From the NCBI GenBank assembly GCA_004431415.1, contig QPMI01000643.1, positions 93,496 to 157,495 of the forward strand: DNA of 64,000 bases. Reading direction: 5' to 3'. Positions 10,400 through 23,021 of this stretch are shown piece by piece. Positions within the stretch are counted from its first letter, which is position 1. Each line of letters begins with the position of its first letter. Below the pieces are notes generated by a model. It did no database searches, was not told where the DNA came from, and was given only the letters and a program-made list of their open reading frames with translations. The position numbers were made by a program, and so were the translations under genes. This DNA comes from Cyanophora paradoxa CCMP329. Lineage: Eukaryota > Plantae > Glaucophyta.

Positions 10400-13300
10400 T
10401 GGATCCTATGGCTCTCTGAATCGAAGCCTGCAGCTGCGGCTTTCACAACAACACATGCGTGGCTGCAATTTATTCTAGATCTGAGCTGTTCGGCCGGAGC
10501 TAATTAATTTACAGGTATACCACTCCAGCTTTGCGTTTGTTGTCCTTCTCGTAGAGGTCCTGCATGCGCATGCTCGCTTGCGGCCTGGCGCCCCGGCGGT
10601 CGCGGGCGTAACGGGCTCTCGATCGCGAACCTGGAAGAGCTGCTGCTTGATGAGGTCCAGGCGCCCCGTGTTCTGGAACGCCTCCGCCTGCTCCTCGGAC
10701 AGAAGCTGCAAGCGGAGACCAACCGGGACCGCATTTAGTGCGAAACCAGGAGAAATGGGATTTGGGGAAACTAAAAATTGAAGCCCAAGAGCGATCCGCG
10801 CACCATAGGGCCGTGGCCCGTGTAGAGAATGATACCAACGTTGCGCATGCGACGCCAGACAATCTGGCGATGCATATGGTGATACGGGTGTCGGAAATAG
10901 CAATCACGCCGACATAAACGTGCGTGGCGGCGTGCGCATGCGTGGCGTGACGTAAATTTGGAGCGCACGTAGATCGAGTGGCGCTCGGCGCGGATCGTGT
11001 TGAGGAAGAGCAGGCAGGTGATGACGAGGTTGATGAGGCTCGCCGCCTCCGCCATCACCGGCGCGGCCGACTGCGTCGCGAGGGCTTGACCCGGCCGCGA
11101 TCTGCTTTAGATCGGTAATAGCTATAGCGCACCTGCGCTGGGTCGTGCTCGATGGCGAGGAGAAGGGAGAGCACAGTCACGTGAGACGCGCAGCTCAGCG
11201 CCTGCGAGAGAGCACGATTAGTGGGCGGCGACCGCGAGAAGCTTGTACTCACCTGGACGAAGTTCTCGAGCAGCTCGACGTGGGGAAGCCAGACGAGCAG
11301 GAGCACCACCTCGAGCGCGTCGACCCCGATGAGCACGCCAAGCTGCGCCTGCGCCAGTACGTGAATGCGCATGCATGCTGTGCACGTGGATTCAACCGTC
11401 TTCCAGTTCAAAGGTATTAAGCCGTTCAAGCGAGATCTACTAACCTTCATGATTCCGTCCAGCGGATCGCTAAGCAATCCGATGGCGAGCCCCGATACCA
11501 GCTTTCGCAGCAGGCCCCACCTGCACGTCGTGAGCCCGAAATTGGCAGCACTAGCGTCTACGAAATGGCGGCCAAACGAACTGTCCGAACAAAACCCCGC
11601 AAACGGAGTGCTTGAAGCCAGCATACCTACAGCGGATTTAACGTTAGTGCGAACGCATAACAATTTGGATAGATCGGAATAGCGCACAGGGGTGAGTACG
11701 TCTGGCCCCAGTTGGCAATTGGCCAGAAGACCTTGCCTCCACGGCCCAGCTCTTCAGTTTGCCTTTCCGCGTTCAGCCTCCAGAAACCATCTGCACATAT
11801 GCATGAACAGAAAACAGAACCCGAGGTAAATAACAATAAGATGCGTATACCTCTAAATTCAAGCATCCGGAGGAGTCTTGAGGAAATGTTGCGTGCTCTC
11901 TCTCCTTTGGAAGCCTTCGCGCTCGCTGGAGGCCTAGGGCGTATTCCCGCGATGGCGTGGGATGCTTCAAGCTCAGCATCCAGGTTTTCGAATCGCGTGT
12001 ACAGAACCTGTACAAGTAGGCACTCGCAGCTTAATATTTTATCAGTCGAGCATTCATAATTTTTCATGTTTATACTACTAGAAAGCACGTCGGGCATTTA
12101 GATCCCATTTGTATCCGGAGCATCGACAAAACCCGAACCTCTTTCTTCTCAAGCAGCCGCTTCGCGACGAGGACCACGGACGCGACGAGCAGGCCGCCCG
12201 ACACGGCCGCGAGCATTACGGCGCCGACCAGGCGCCACGCTTGCGAGGAGCCCATGAGGTCCCGCGCAGCGAAGGCAGCGGCAATCGCGAAACCTGATCA
12301 TGAGCCCGGCGTCTCAAACGGGCGATATCGATGAAAGCGACTGAATACTTCGTGGGGGCACCCTCGTAGTTGTACATAAGCACCAAGAACTGGGGCTTGA
12401 GGAACCTGATCACGCGTATGCGTTAGAGTCGCTTAAGCTTGCGGCCGAAGACTCTTAAATAAAGTGCGCCACTCGCCAGAGTATGGTGGGCATGTGAACA
12501 AGCCCGAGGGCTTTCTTGCAGAACTGCACGCACAGGAGCTGCAGGAGCGTAATCTGCGCGAATGTCAGCGCAAAGTGGATGTAGCTATATAATGAAAGGG
12601 GGACCCCGATCATCCAGACTGCGAGGTAGAAGAGGGACTGCTGGAGGAGAGTCCCGCACTTGCGGACGTCCGCGTCGCAGCCGGTGCTCCACGGCAAAGG
12701 GAAGAAGCCCAGCATCCACCCGAGGCCGTCCACCGAGTCTGCAATAATTGATTTTTACGTCCATTCAATATTCGAATTCAACGATTTGTGGGGCGTGTTC
12801 TAGATCTGCGCATGCAGCAGCGCGCACCCCGGTACTCGCGCGGCATGGTCGCGTTCGAGTTCAGGTTTAATCCGAGGTACGCAGTCATCGCCATGAACTG
12901 GGCCTGTGAGAGAATTCGATTGTAAATTGTAAATGGCAATTCGCAATGAATTTTCTGACTGACATGGTCGACGATGCCCTGCAGATTTGAAGGGCTTGTG
13001 ACGATCAGGGCGCCCACGGCTGAGGCCGCCGAAGAGAGCACGCCTGATGCTGTCGCGACTCCGGATGCCACTCTGCAAGCCCTCGTCGCTTTAGAATTCG
13101 AATCGCTATATATATGCACACGCATAGCTATTAAAGTGTGGCACACCCGATTGGAGAGCCAATTGTTGCAGCAGTGCCAGCGAGCACTCCCGTGCCGACA
13201 GTGGCCGCGGCAGTCCCAGCGGACGTTGCGGCCGATGCGCTGAATGTGCGTGAGAATGCCGATTGCAAGGGCGGCAAAACAGAGTACAGAGCGCACGCAG

Positions 13301-16300
13301 CAGCCGACGTCATAGCCCCCGCAACGCTTGCGGCTGCAGATCTGTGGGTACCGGTGGGGCATACGCATGCATGAGCTCGAGTGTCAATAAAACCTCATCG
13401 TACGCACGCTGCGACGCTTGAACCTCTGTGCCGCAGTACATGCGCGAGCAATCGCGACTGTTAGTCAGGCCGAGTACACCGTGGCACTGGTGCTACGGTA
13501 CCGCAGGCGTGCGGCTGAAAAGCAGCATACATGCATGTACTCACACGGCGGCGGCAGATACTCCTGTGTAGCTTTTGCTGACATCGGGAGCCGTCGCAAC
13601 GAATGACGAGCTCACAGTGGTGCTAGTCACTGCAGCTGGAGCTGGTACCGGAGCTGGGGCCGGCGCCTGCCATTGAAATGCCTGCGAGTGTAAATTGAAG
13701 AATGCTCTAGATTAGATACGAAGTGCAAAAGACATATTCCAAAGCCGAAGTAAAAATAGATATCGAGATTAGGGTCAACTGCAATGCTTTCGCGCACATT
13801 TCGGAGGACGAGAGTTGAAAAAGCTCCATTCGGACTTGCAATTTGCAGGTCGTATGGGGTGTTCGATGCAAACCGTGCTCTCGTCTGGAGAACAACACGA
13901 CGGTTCGCCGCCGTTTGAACGGCTATCGGTGGAGCAACTGCATTAAATGGAATGCGACGTGAGAACAAATCCATACTCGGTTTTCTCTTGAATCTCTTCA
14001 ACGTCGACGTCGCGCGCACCAAATTCTATGACCTCGCTCGATACTATTTTCGGATTCGTTGCCTCCAAACGCTCGCCAGATGAAGAAGAGCTAATATACA
14101 ATTCGATTGGCTCTCCGACCTGACTCAAGATCGTTCAATGATTTAAATTCAAAGCAGCTCGTGATGTCGCATGCGCACTGGGAAGGACGACCCCCGAATA
14201 GTGACAGTCCCTCCAGCCTGCGCAGGCAGTCCTCCTCGAACCCACGAATCGAAGGCATTATAACTAAATATACAATTCGAATTCGCGCTTACGTCTGACA
14301 CTGTCTCTGGAGACTGCAAACTGGCCGCAACGCTCCCCTCTTTTGACTTGACAACCGCAAGGACATCAGCAGAGCCGACGCGGAATACAGACAACCGAGG
14401 CTGCCGTCAGGTCGACGTCCGCATGCAGTTATAAATTAGCTATGCGCACTCGAAATCGACTTTACTTTATTTCTAAGTCGCACCAGGACAGGTGGATCGC
14501 AAGGTTCTTTGTAGGAGTTCCAGCATCTCGACAGGTTGGCCCATACGAAGGTCAGCAGCCGCACATGACCGATCCGTCCCGCTCCATCAGGTTTCTCCGG
14601 AGAGCCGTCCGCAAGTAAAATGTACGCCGTGAGATTAAAGGCGTCCTGATGCACGCGTACGTTTGCAGATTAGGCCGGGGCCTAGACCTACACGGCGTGC
14701 TCATATGCATACCTTATTACTGGCCATAGGCTTCTTGACAAGAGAAACCGACACCGGGTACTCCCCCGCGAGGGGGTTCGTGTTTAGGTTGGGTCGAAGC
14801 GGAAGGCGAGGCATGCTCTTCGAATCCAAGTTGATCGGAAGCGCGTCCCCGACCCTCCAGAAGTAACTGCTCGTGTACGGATAGTATACATCCTCGTCTC
14901 CAATGCGTCCTCGCATGTGTGTCGCGTTGAAGTCGCTCTCGTAGTCTCGCACACTAAACAGGCGCCAGTCATAGGCGTTGTCATATATGTTGGTTCTGCC
15001 AGCATAACCGAATCCAGCCGTAACGAACGACACCCCTGCGAGTGCACGAAAAGAGTCGAGGGGTAGCTCTTCGACGTCTCCGGATCCGTAGCGGTTGTAC
15101 GTCATCCGGTAACAGTGGCGCAGCTCGTCTGTGTACGGCACTCCGAAGAACACAGGAAAATTAACGATAGAGCTGTAAAATATATTGTCGACGTCGACGT
15201 CCAAAGAGATGTTGAACACCTCTTTTACGGTGCGGCTTCTTCGTCCATACCCGCCGATACCGGCGCCCCACCACGGGTTTTGGACGTATTCGCTCTGTCC
15301 AAAAACAATGTCGAGAGTTGCGACGTCGACGGTGAGGATTGCGGATTGAGTCGAGGTCAAGAACCGGGTTGAGTTGTAAGGCTCCGTGATTGGGAAGAAG
15401 ACGTGAATGTACGACGTCTGGAAACCCGAATCCCATCCTCGGCCGAAATGAAATGAGTACCACCGCGTGGTCTCAGGTCGCTCAGAGTAAGCAAGCATAA
15501 CTGATTAGAGATCATGATTGCGTCATCGAGAAAAATGGAACATTCAAATGCACAGGGCGCACCGTTGGAGCATTGCTCAATATAAGGTCGAACGCGATAT
15601 CCTGACCCGTCACTGTTCACGGGCACGGTATTAAAGACGGTCGTCACATTGCCTCCAAAATGAATTGATTGCGTGGCGTTCGTGTACAAGCCGCGTTCAG
15701 GATTCTGGACTCCATAAGCCCGGAACCAGTTCAGTGGCTTCGACAATGGATCTATATACGAAGCCGGCGTCCGCCTCAGTCTGACGCTCAACGCAGTAAA
15801 CCTTGAAAAGGAGAAGTTTGCGAGCTCGAGTTCCAGCAAATAGGCGATGGAATGCGAGTCCGCGGTATTCACAACCAGCCCCACCCCTCCAGACACAACC
15901 GTGTACGTTGTCGAAGTATGTCCGGCGGGCACGACCTGCTCGAAATTCACGATATATATTAGATGCGTATATAGCAGCACAATTGCAACAATCTGAATTA
16001 TAATGCATACACGCACCTGTGTTACGAAGAACGCAGTCCCCTCCAGTTCAGCGAGAATGCCGTAAGGCGACAGCAGGTGCGAGGGCAGTGTCTCATCCCG
16101 CTGTAGCAAGTACTCCTCGAGAGCCTCTGTGCTCGACACGTTTGCTGGAACCAGCTTTGCGATTACGTCCCAGACGAACGCGACGCGCGTGATGGACAGC
16201 GAAGAGAGGTCCACGAGGACGGCGCCGTCCGTGCGCTGCATTGCTGACGGGGGAACACTCGTTCGGATGACTAAACGCAGAATGTCATGATCAGTCATCC

Positions 16301-17564
16301 GAAGATCTAGCTATATATATAGCTATGAGAAATAAGTATGATATAATATTAATATTACGGCCCCTACCTTCTGCAGACACGTTCAAAGAGCGACCGATCT
16401 CCGTGCCAAAGACAGCAGCGCCGCGTGTTGACACGATTGCGGCGCACCCACCCCCAGGGACGTTCGTATAATAGATGGGGTTCCCGGGCACGATCTTTGT
16501 CCCAGCCAAGCCGAAACCAGTCTCTGATTGCGGCCGAGGACCGAAGCCAAACGCGACCGACGTCCGGTTTCCAGCGGTAGCAATGGGGGCATGGGACACG
16601 TTAAACCCGCGGTAGTTGGAATTCGAAGTTGTGTTCTGCAGACTGCTGTTCGCGCTGCTGAGGGCTGCAGGGTAGAGGCGGAGGGAGCCGTTGCCTGCGT
16701 GGTTGCCGTAGCCAACGACGATTGCACCACCGGGAATGCCGCACGACTCCGGGGCCGGCGCGAGAAACTGGACGAAGGTGCCCGGGTCGCAGCCAGCAAG
16801 AATGTCAAACGAGTAGTCGGGGTCAACGAGGAGCCGCTGTGACACGCCCGTAGGAAGTGGAAACCGGCGCAGGAAGAGATGGCCACTCGACTGATTCGAG
16901 GCGTCGTAGCTCGCGAAGTAGCCTGGTTCGTTCATGACCATGAGCTGCTCAATGTACCAGCCGCTCATGGTATAATTATATATAATTATAATGATCGTAC
17001 CGAAATCGCTAGACGCAGTAAACAGTTGCGATTTGTCGGCGCCCTGTGCAAGTAGAGCATCATAATAATCAGTCGGATCTCCAATGAGCTCGGCCGCCCC
17101 GGCGCCCGACTCGGACGGCCGCCGGGCGCGGACCGCACCTCGGAAGGAAACGTGCCGTTGGGGGTGAAACCTGTGGGCTGGTAGAGAAGGTCTGACAAGA
17201 GAGGATCGCCGTCCGCGGAGGAGTTCGTGACGAGTGTGTTCTTCCGGAAGTACACGTATGTTCCTTTCAAAATTGCACGCATCACGCATTGCAATACTGT
17301 CAGTTGAGTTTGGGCGGGGTGTGGCGCGGCTGCGAAATCATCACTGAGTCAAGATCATCACCTTCCAAGCGGCTGCCGTCGTCGCTGAAGACAATCTGAC
17401 CTAGGCACACGTATTCAGCCGCATTGCCGTATTAACATTGTCAACGTTGACGTTGTCTGACCATTTCCGATTTCCAATTGCGATAGTGCGCACGGGAGAA
17501 GAGCCATCGCCAGAATGCATAAACTGATCTTGAGGCCTATTAGGTGCGCGCGCGGGGTTGACAT
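10400..17564 (-). pseudogene. Degenerate multi-exon gene for a large secreted-ectodomain, multi-pass membrane protein (TRP-like/adhesion-receptor-like C-terminus); boundaries approximate
   Basis: Signal peptide MSTPRAHLIGLKISLCILAMALLPCALSQ, long extracellular ORFs (16291-17289, 15357-16298, 14701-15498), Ala/Ser/Val helix plus QFMAMTAYL, and several hydrophobic segments at 10.9-12.9 kb; frames broken by AT-rich palindromic insertions. Confidence 0.55.
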
Positions 17565-17689
17565 TGCGAGCGCGACCGGCCGCGACCGGCCGGGGCAGCT
17601 TTCTGGATCCATCATGTGCATGTTGACGATTGCAACTTGGCAAGCTGCAATTGCGATTGACGTTCCCGCGCTCCAGCCGCAGGAGGAAG

Positions 17690-18420
17690 TACTAGTACAA
17701 GTGCGCGCGCGTGCACACGTGCGCGCGCGCGTTTTCGAGAGCTAGCGCTAGCTATATAGCTAGCTGCAGTCTAGCGCTAGCGCTGCAGCTGTGAACCTAT
17801 AGCTAGCTATAGGCTGCTATCCGGCCAGGGGCTAGCTAGCGTTACTACTCGGCGCGCGGACGCCGGCCTGGAAGGCTGGAACTGCCAGTGCGCACTGCGC
17901 CAGTGCGCACTGCACTAGTACTGCCACAGTGCCACTGCCTGCAGTGCAGCCTGCAGGCTGCAGCCTCAGCCTGGCACTGCTGGGCCAGTGCTGGCAGCTG
18001 CGCATGCCAGTCTGCGCATATGCATGCACTGCGATGCAGCCTGATGCAGGCTCACTGGCTCACTGAGTCAGAGCCTCTAACTTGCTCTGCCAGTCTGGCA
18101 AGCAAGACAGCAGCGCAGACTGCGCAGTGCGCACTGCAGTGGGAGCATCTGCTGCCACTGCAGTCTGCACTGACTCTGCAGACTCAGTGCAGAGTCGACG
18201 CGTACGTCTGCTGCGGTCTGCAGTCTCAGAGTCTGCAGCAGTGCAGGCCACTGCAGTGCAGTCTGCAGGGCACTGCAGGCTCACTGAGTCAGCGGCTGTG
18301 CAGGCCGGCGCCCCCGTAGTAGGGGCCCGTACTACTGGGCCCGTAGTGCCGCAGTGCATGCGCAGCTGCGCCGCCTGCGCGCGCGAAGCGATTCCAAGAC
18401 TAAATCCAAGTTCATGAATC
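17690..18420. repeat. CAG/CTG- and palindrome-saturated low-complexity tract
   Basis: Dense, non-periodic CTGCAG, CAGTG/CACTG, TGCGCA, CTCAG/CTGAG, GCTAGC units. Confidence 0.7.
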
Positions 18421-19242
18421 ATGGCCATGGTCAAGCGAATTCGAAGCGGCTGGCCGATCCGCCGGACCGGGGTACAGCGCGCGCATACCAGAATAGCCAA
18501 TCAGAATAATCGGTCACCTGATCCCCAGAATAATAATTAAAGATGTGTGTACCCCGTGTACGTATATGTGTGCGGGCCGCACGGCCCGCTCCGGGGCCCG
18601 GGCCAGGCCGGCGGCGGCCCCGGGCCCCAGTACCGTACACCGGTGCAGTACTAGTGTTGGGTAAAGTTTATTCCCCCAAAATTGCCCTGAAAACTTTCTG
18701 CAATTTTTTTTTTGGTGAATTACCGGCCACAGTCTCTAGACACCAGCACTGCGGGGGCTGCCCAGGGGGCATAAAGACAAAAAAGCAAAATAACTAAGAC
18801 AAGAGCACGAAGAAAGATAAGACAAAGAGCCAAAATCGACAATAAAAAAGGAAAGACACAGAGCTCGAGACAGATCGATTGCGAGAAGAGACGATAAATC
18901 GAGCAGATCTAGGGACAGAGGATAACTTTTTTTTGAGTTTTCCGTAGTTTATTAGGGGACAGAGCCCCTGGTACACAAAAAACATCGTTTTCTGTCTACC
19001 CTAGGCCTAGGTCTACCCTAGGCCAACTAATATACTTTAGCCTAGTCTACTCCCCACTATTGGGTCTCCGACTAGGCGCCCCAAGGGCTATACCCTATTG
19101 CGAGCCCCGCCCCCTCTACCCTTGAGGCGGCTCTCTCGGAGCCTCCCCCCCGCGACGGGCCAGGGCCGGTCACGATGGGGTGGGGTAGAGAGGTGGCAGG
19201 GGGCTGGGGCCGGGGAGATTGTTGGGCTGGCAGGCTCAGGGT

Positions 19243-21903
19243 TTAAAGCCAAGCGGCGAGATCCCAAAGATGAGAAGAGAGAGGAGGAGATCTCCGCGGT
19301 GGTACCTCACGTGTTCCCGTGCAGGACAGAGGAGCGGGCGTGGAAGGCGGTGGAGGTGGCGGTGTCGGTGGAGCGACAGGGAACAGATGGGACAGGTTGC
19401 TGGAGGGGCGAGATGGGGAGGGTGGAGCTGGAGAGCCCGTTTCGAGAAGAGGAAGGGTGGAGGAGGGGAGGGTGCGGGGAGGAGGCTGGGGTGAGGGCCG
19501 GGCCTCTTCGGTGGGGAGGGCGGGGCGGCGGCCGGTCTTGTGGGGAGGCCGGTCTTGAGGTTCGGGAAGAGGCTCGGGCACAGCTGATGCGGCTGCGGAC
19601 GACGCTCCATCCCGCCGCTGGGCGTGACCATGAGCAGCAGCAGGGGTGACGGAAGCTGCTGCAGCTGTTCTAGATCTGCGGGGGCGAGGTCCGGGTCCGG
19701 AATTATTGCCTCGGGCTGCACGGAATCCCGCCGACTCTTGAATTTCTCGAAGGAGGCGCGGGCGTCGCGTCCGCACTGTTGCCGTGCCGTCGGCTTGTGC
19801 CACTGGTGTGTCAGGCGGGGGCACTTGCGTTGGCGGGCTGTCCTTTGGACTCTGGGGCCTAGCTATAGAGGTGTCGCTGACGGCCGACGGGCGCGGGCGG
19901 GGTTGGAAGAAGGTGCGGATGTCTGCTCGCGAGTTCCGGGCCGCAGGCCTTGGGGTAGGCTGCGCGCTCAGCGGGGGCCGGTATTGGGGTTCCGGTGCGG
20001 GCGTGACTATTTTGGGCCTGGATGGGCCTGCAATGGCTTCATCTTGGGGGGCGCGGTCTGTCTCGCTGGTTTTGGGGGGCGACACTGGAGCGGTACATTT
20101 TCCTTTGCGTTTGTGCTGCGCCAGGGCTTCGGGGGAGGCAGCAGCGTAACCGCACCGGCAGCTGAGGGGGGCATCCCGTGGCAGTTCTCCCGGGGCCAGC
20201 GCAGCCACCGGTATTGCCCGGGGCTGCTCGGGCTGGGAGGCGGTGCTCGTGGGCGCCTCCGTATCCAAGGCCTGCGAGCCTAGAATCCGAGAAAGAATGA
20301 GGCCGCGCCAGGTGGCGCAGTTAGACACAGTGCCCGTGAAGGAGGGTGTGTAGGCCGTGGGGTCATGTTCCAGAGCACGGACAAGTATTTCGGCGAAGGC
20401 ACAGACGAAAATCCCGCAGTTGAAGCGATCGTTTTGGGCCGGGATGGGGAATCGGGTGGCTGAGGGGAGGGGCCAGGTGAGAGCGTCGTCGGCGCCGGTC
20501 GAGGAGCCTAGGGCTGCGCATTCGCGCTCCATGTTGAGCCATTTTAGGAGGGGCAGGAGTTGACGGCGGGCCTCTTCGGGGCCCGGGAGATTGTATCCAT
20601 CGTATAGTTCAGCACGGCGAGCACGGAGATGGAGGGCTGCAAGGATCCAGTGGCCCGGGGTGTGGATAGGGAAGAGTAATAGGTCATAGTCAAAGACATT
20701 AATTCCGCGCCCAGCGGTGCGACGGCGCAGGCGGGCGCTGCCCGCCGGCGTTATTGTCTGGGGAATAGCGGCGTAGAAAGTGTGCGGGAAAAGTAAGACG
20801 CGTCGGCGAGGGTTAATTTCTCCGCTCGCAAGAAGGTTTAGTCGGGCAAGGTAGTAGTTGATGACGTCGGCGTTCACCCAGGACGAGCCGTTCAGCGTGG
20901 CTAGGTCATGGAGCGATACGGAGGCACTGCCAAACAGTGCAGCGGGGCCGCTGCGGGCTGCCGGGAGCTCTCGGACTGCGCTGTTGGGTAGAGCGCGGGT
21001 AGGGGAGCGGCGTACTTGGGCCCAGGCGGCACGTAATGCAGGTGGGGACGGCGGAGCCGGCCACCCTGCATTACTGGCATTAATATTGGTGATGCTGTTA
21101 GCAGCTGCCGGCCTAGCTACAGGTCTAGGTCTCGGGCTCGAGCTCGGGGCGGCGGTAGGGGGCACCGGCGTTGCGGGTATCGCTGTTGTAGGGGGGGCCG
21201 TGGCCGGCCACGGTGCTGGGGGAGCAGCGCGGGTTCGAGAGCGGCGCGACTGGCTGACTAATTGTAGGTCTGATGAGAGGGTGAGCTGGCCGTTGGGTAT
21301 CCGTCGACGCGGGGCCGGGGCCACCACGGTCGAGGGGCTCGTGGGCTCATCCCTAATCCTGGCTGGCATCGACCTCGCCGGTGAGGGCTCAGCAGGGCGC
21401 GAGGGTCGAGGTGCATGAGTTTGGCGGCGAGTAATCCCGTGTCGGCGTTGCCAGGACTGGACTTCGCTATTGCGAGCCTTCCAGATTGCTTGGGTGTAGT
21501 CTATGATGGTGGCCATAATTGCGTTGGCGCATTTAAGCGCCGCCGGTCTACGTACATCTAAGTAAATCAGGGCAGGGATGAGGCTACGAGGAAGGAGGAG
21601 CCTGACGGTGTGGCGGGGAGAATCGCAGGCAAGGTCGGCGAAGAGTTTGCTGCCGAGGCTTTGCCACTGATCGGGCAGGCCATAGAGTGGCTGCGTGAGG
21701 TGCGAAGGAAGGGGGCCCGGCCGTTGGCGCTGACGCTCTGACCATCCCCAGTTTGCATCGTCAGCCAGTGCAAAGGCCGGGAACAGTTGGCGCAGCAACA
21801 GTCCGTCCTGGCGCAGGGCCGGGGGCAGCTTGTAGGCTGGGTCGCCAGCTGCAGCCGCATCGACTGCAGTTTTTAGGCGTTGAGACGATATGGTTTCGTA
21901 CAA
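19243..21903 (-). CDS. C-terminal LINE ORF segment containing a Ulp1/SENP (peptidase C48) domain at ~20280-20925
   Basis: DLATLNGSSWVNADVINYY, FPHTFY, LLFPIHTPGHWIL, ELYDG, PAQNDRFNCGIFVC: complete His-Asp-Cys triad plus oxyanion Gln. Confidence 0.85.
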   Translation of the reverse strand: MYETISSQRLKTAVDAAAAGDPAYKLPPALRQDGLLLRQLFPAFALADDANWGWSERQRQRPGPLPSHLTQPLYGLPDQWQSLGSKLFADLACDSPRHTVRLLLPRSLIPALIYLDVRRPAALKCANAIMATIIDYTQAIWKARNSEVQSWQRRHGITRRQTHAPRPSRPAEPSPARSMPARIRDEPTSPSTVVAPAPRRRIPNGQLTLSSDLQLVSQSRRSRTRAAPPAPWPATAPPTTAIPATPVPPTAAPSSSPRPRPVARPAAANSITNINASNAGWPAPPSPPALRAAWAQVRRSPTRALPNSAVRELPAARSGPAALFGSASVSLHDLATLNGSSWVNADVINYYLARLNLLASGEINPRRRVLLFPHTFYAAIPQTITPAGSARLRRRTAGRGINVFDYDLLLFPIHTPGHWILAALHLRARRAELYDGYNLPGPEEARRQLLPLLKWLNMERECAALGSSTGADDALTWPLPSATRFPIPAQNDRFNCGIFVCAFAEILVRALEHDPTAYTPSFTGTVSNCATWRGLILSRILGSQALDTEAPTSTASQPEQPRAIPVAALAPGELPRDAPLSCRCGYAAASPEALAQHKRKGKCTAPVSPPKTSETDRAPQDEAIAGPSRPKIVTPAPEPQYRPPLSAQPTPRPAARNSRADIRTFFQPRPRPSAVSDTSIARPQSPKDSPPTQVPPPDTPVAQADGTATVRTRRPRLLREIQESAGFRAARGNNSGPGPRPRRSRTAAAASVTPAAAHGHAQRRDGASSAAASAVPEPLPEPQDRPPHKTGRRPALPTEEARPSPQPPPRTLPSSTLPLLETGSPAPPSPSRPSSNLSHLFPVAPPTPPPPPPSTPAPLSCTGTREVPPRRSPPLSSHLWDLAAWL

Positions 21904-23021
21904 TAGGTTGAATATCTTAGTTTGGGCTTCGATACGGAGGGTGCGTGTTGCTGGCAGAGACCAAAGGCGTGGTCGTGGGTTTCAGGCGTCCCGCTAACGA
22001 TAGGGGGGGCCGCGGTGCCTGGCGTGCGTCTCGTGCGGCCGGGTCGCCGTTGGGGCCGTTCCGGATCCCACCGTCTTCCTCGGGGTCGGACGCAGGCGGC
22101 TGCCATGGCGGGGCTGGGGTGGGCCGGCCGTCTGGGCCTAGCACGGACGCGCAGCCTGCGCGAACACAGAGTCCATTTGGATTTATTGCACTATAGAGAT
22201 GGGGAGCGTCCCGGGCACGTTCACCCATGAGGGGTGCGAGTCCGGAGCTGAATTTCGTGATTTGAGCAAGCCTCGCATTCAGGGGGTGCGATGCATCGCG
22301 GGAGAGCCCTTTCTTGCGGTATTCGCGGGCGAGGCGCGCACGGTCGACCGGACTGCCCAAATGGCATTTTTCGGTTGCAAGGAGACGGGAGAAGTTCCGA
22401 AATTCGCACGTATTTTTTACGTGTGCTCGCGGGTCAGACTCAACTCTGTAAACTCTACGAGTGTCGTAGTTCTCGTTCCAGCAGCGCGGGGGCGAAAAGA
22501 GTAGGACCATGTCAAATCCGCCAGGGGAAAGACCGGCTCCCGGCGGGCGTGCCACGCGCGTTTTGATGCAACTGTTGCGGCCGGGGACGGGTCTTCGGGG
22601 TCAGATTGCCAGGCTGCTTCCTCAGGGTCAGCCCAGGAAGAAAGTTCCCGGCCGTCGAGTGCCTGCCGGGAGAGGTCTGCGCTGGGGTGCAGAGCCAGTG
22701 CCGCAGCGGCGAGGCGGTCGGCTCGTGCGTTGTCCCGATCAAATGCACGGTTTGGAACCCGTTCTTCTTCCACCAGCAGGGGCAGGCTTGGTAGTCCTGG
22801 TGTATGCTGACCTAGCGCAGCCCGGGCTTCGCGCCGCCTCTGTCGTTCTGCTCGCCTGGAGGCACGAGACGCTTGCTGCATTTGGTGGACGGCTCGGCGG
22901 GCGTTCCGACGGTGGATGTGGGCAGTGCCCGCGCGAAGGTGCTCGGAGATATAGTTGTAGGCGCCGGTTAGCGGGTTCGCGCGCCCTTCGTATACTCCCG
23001 TGCCGGGGCCATATTGAGCTA

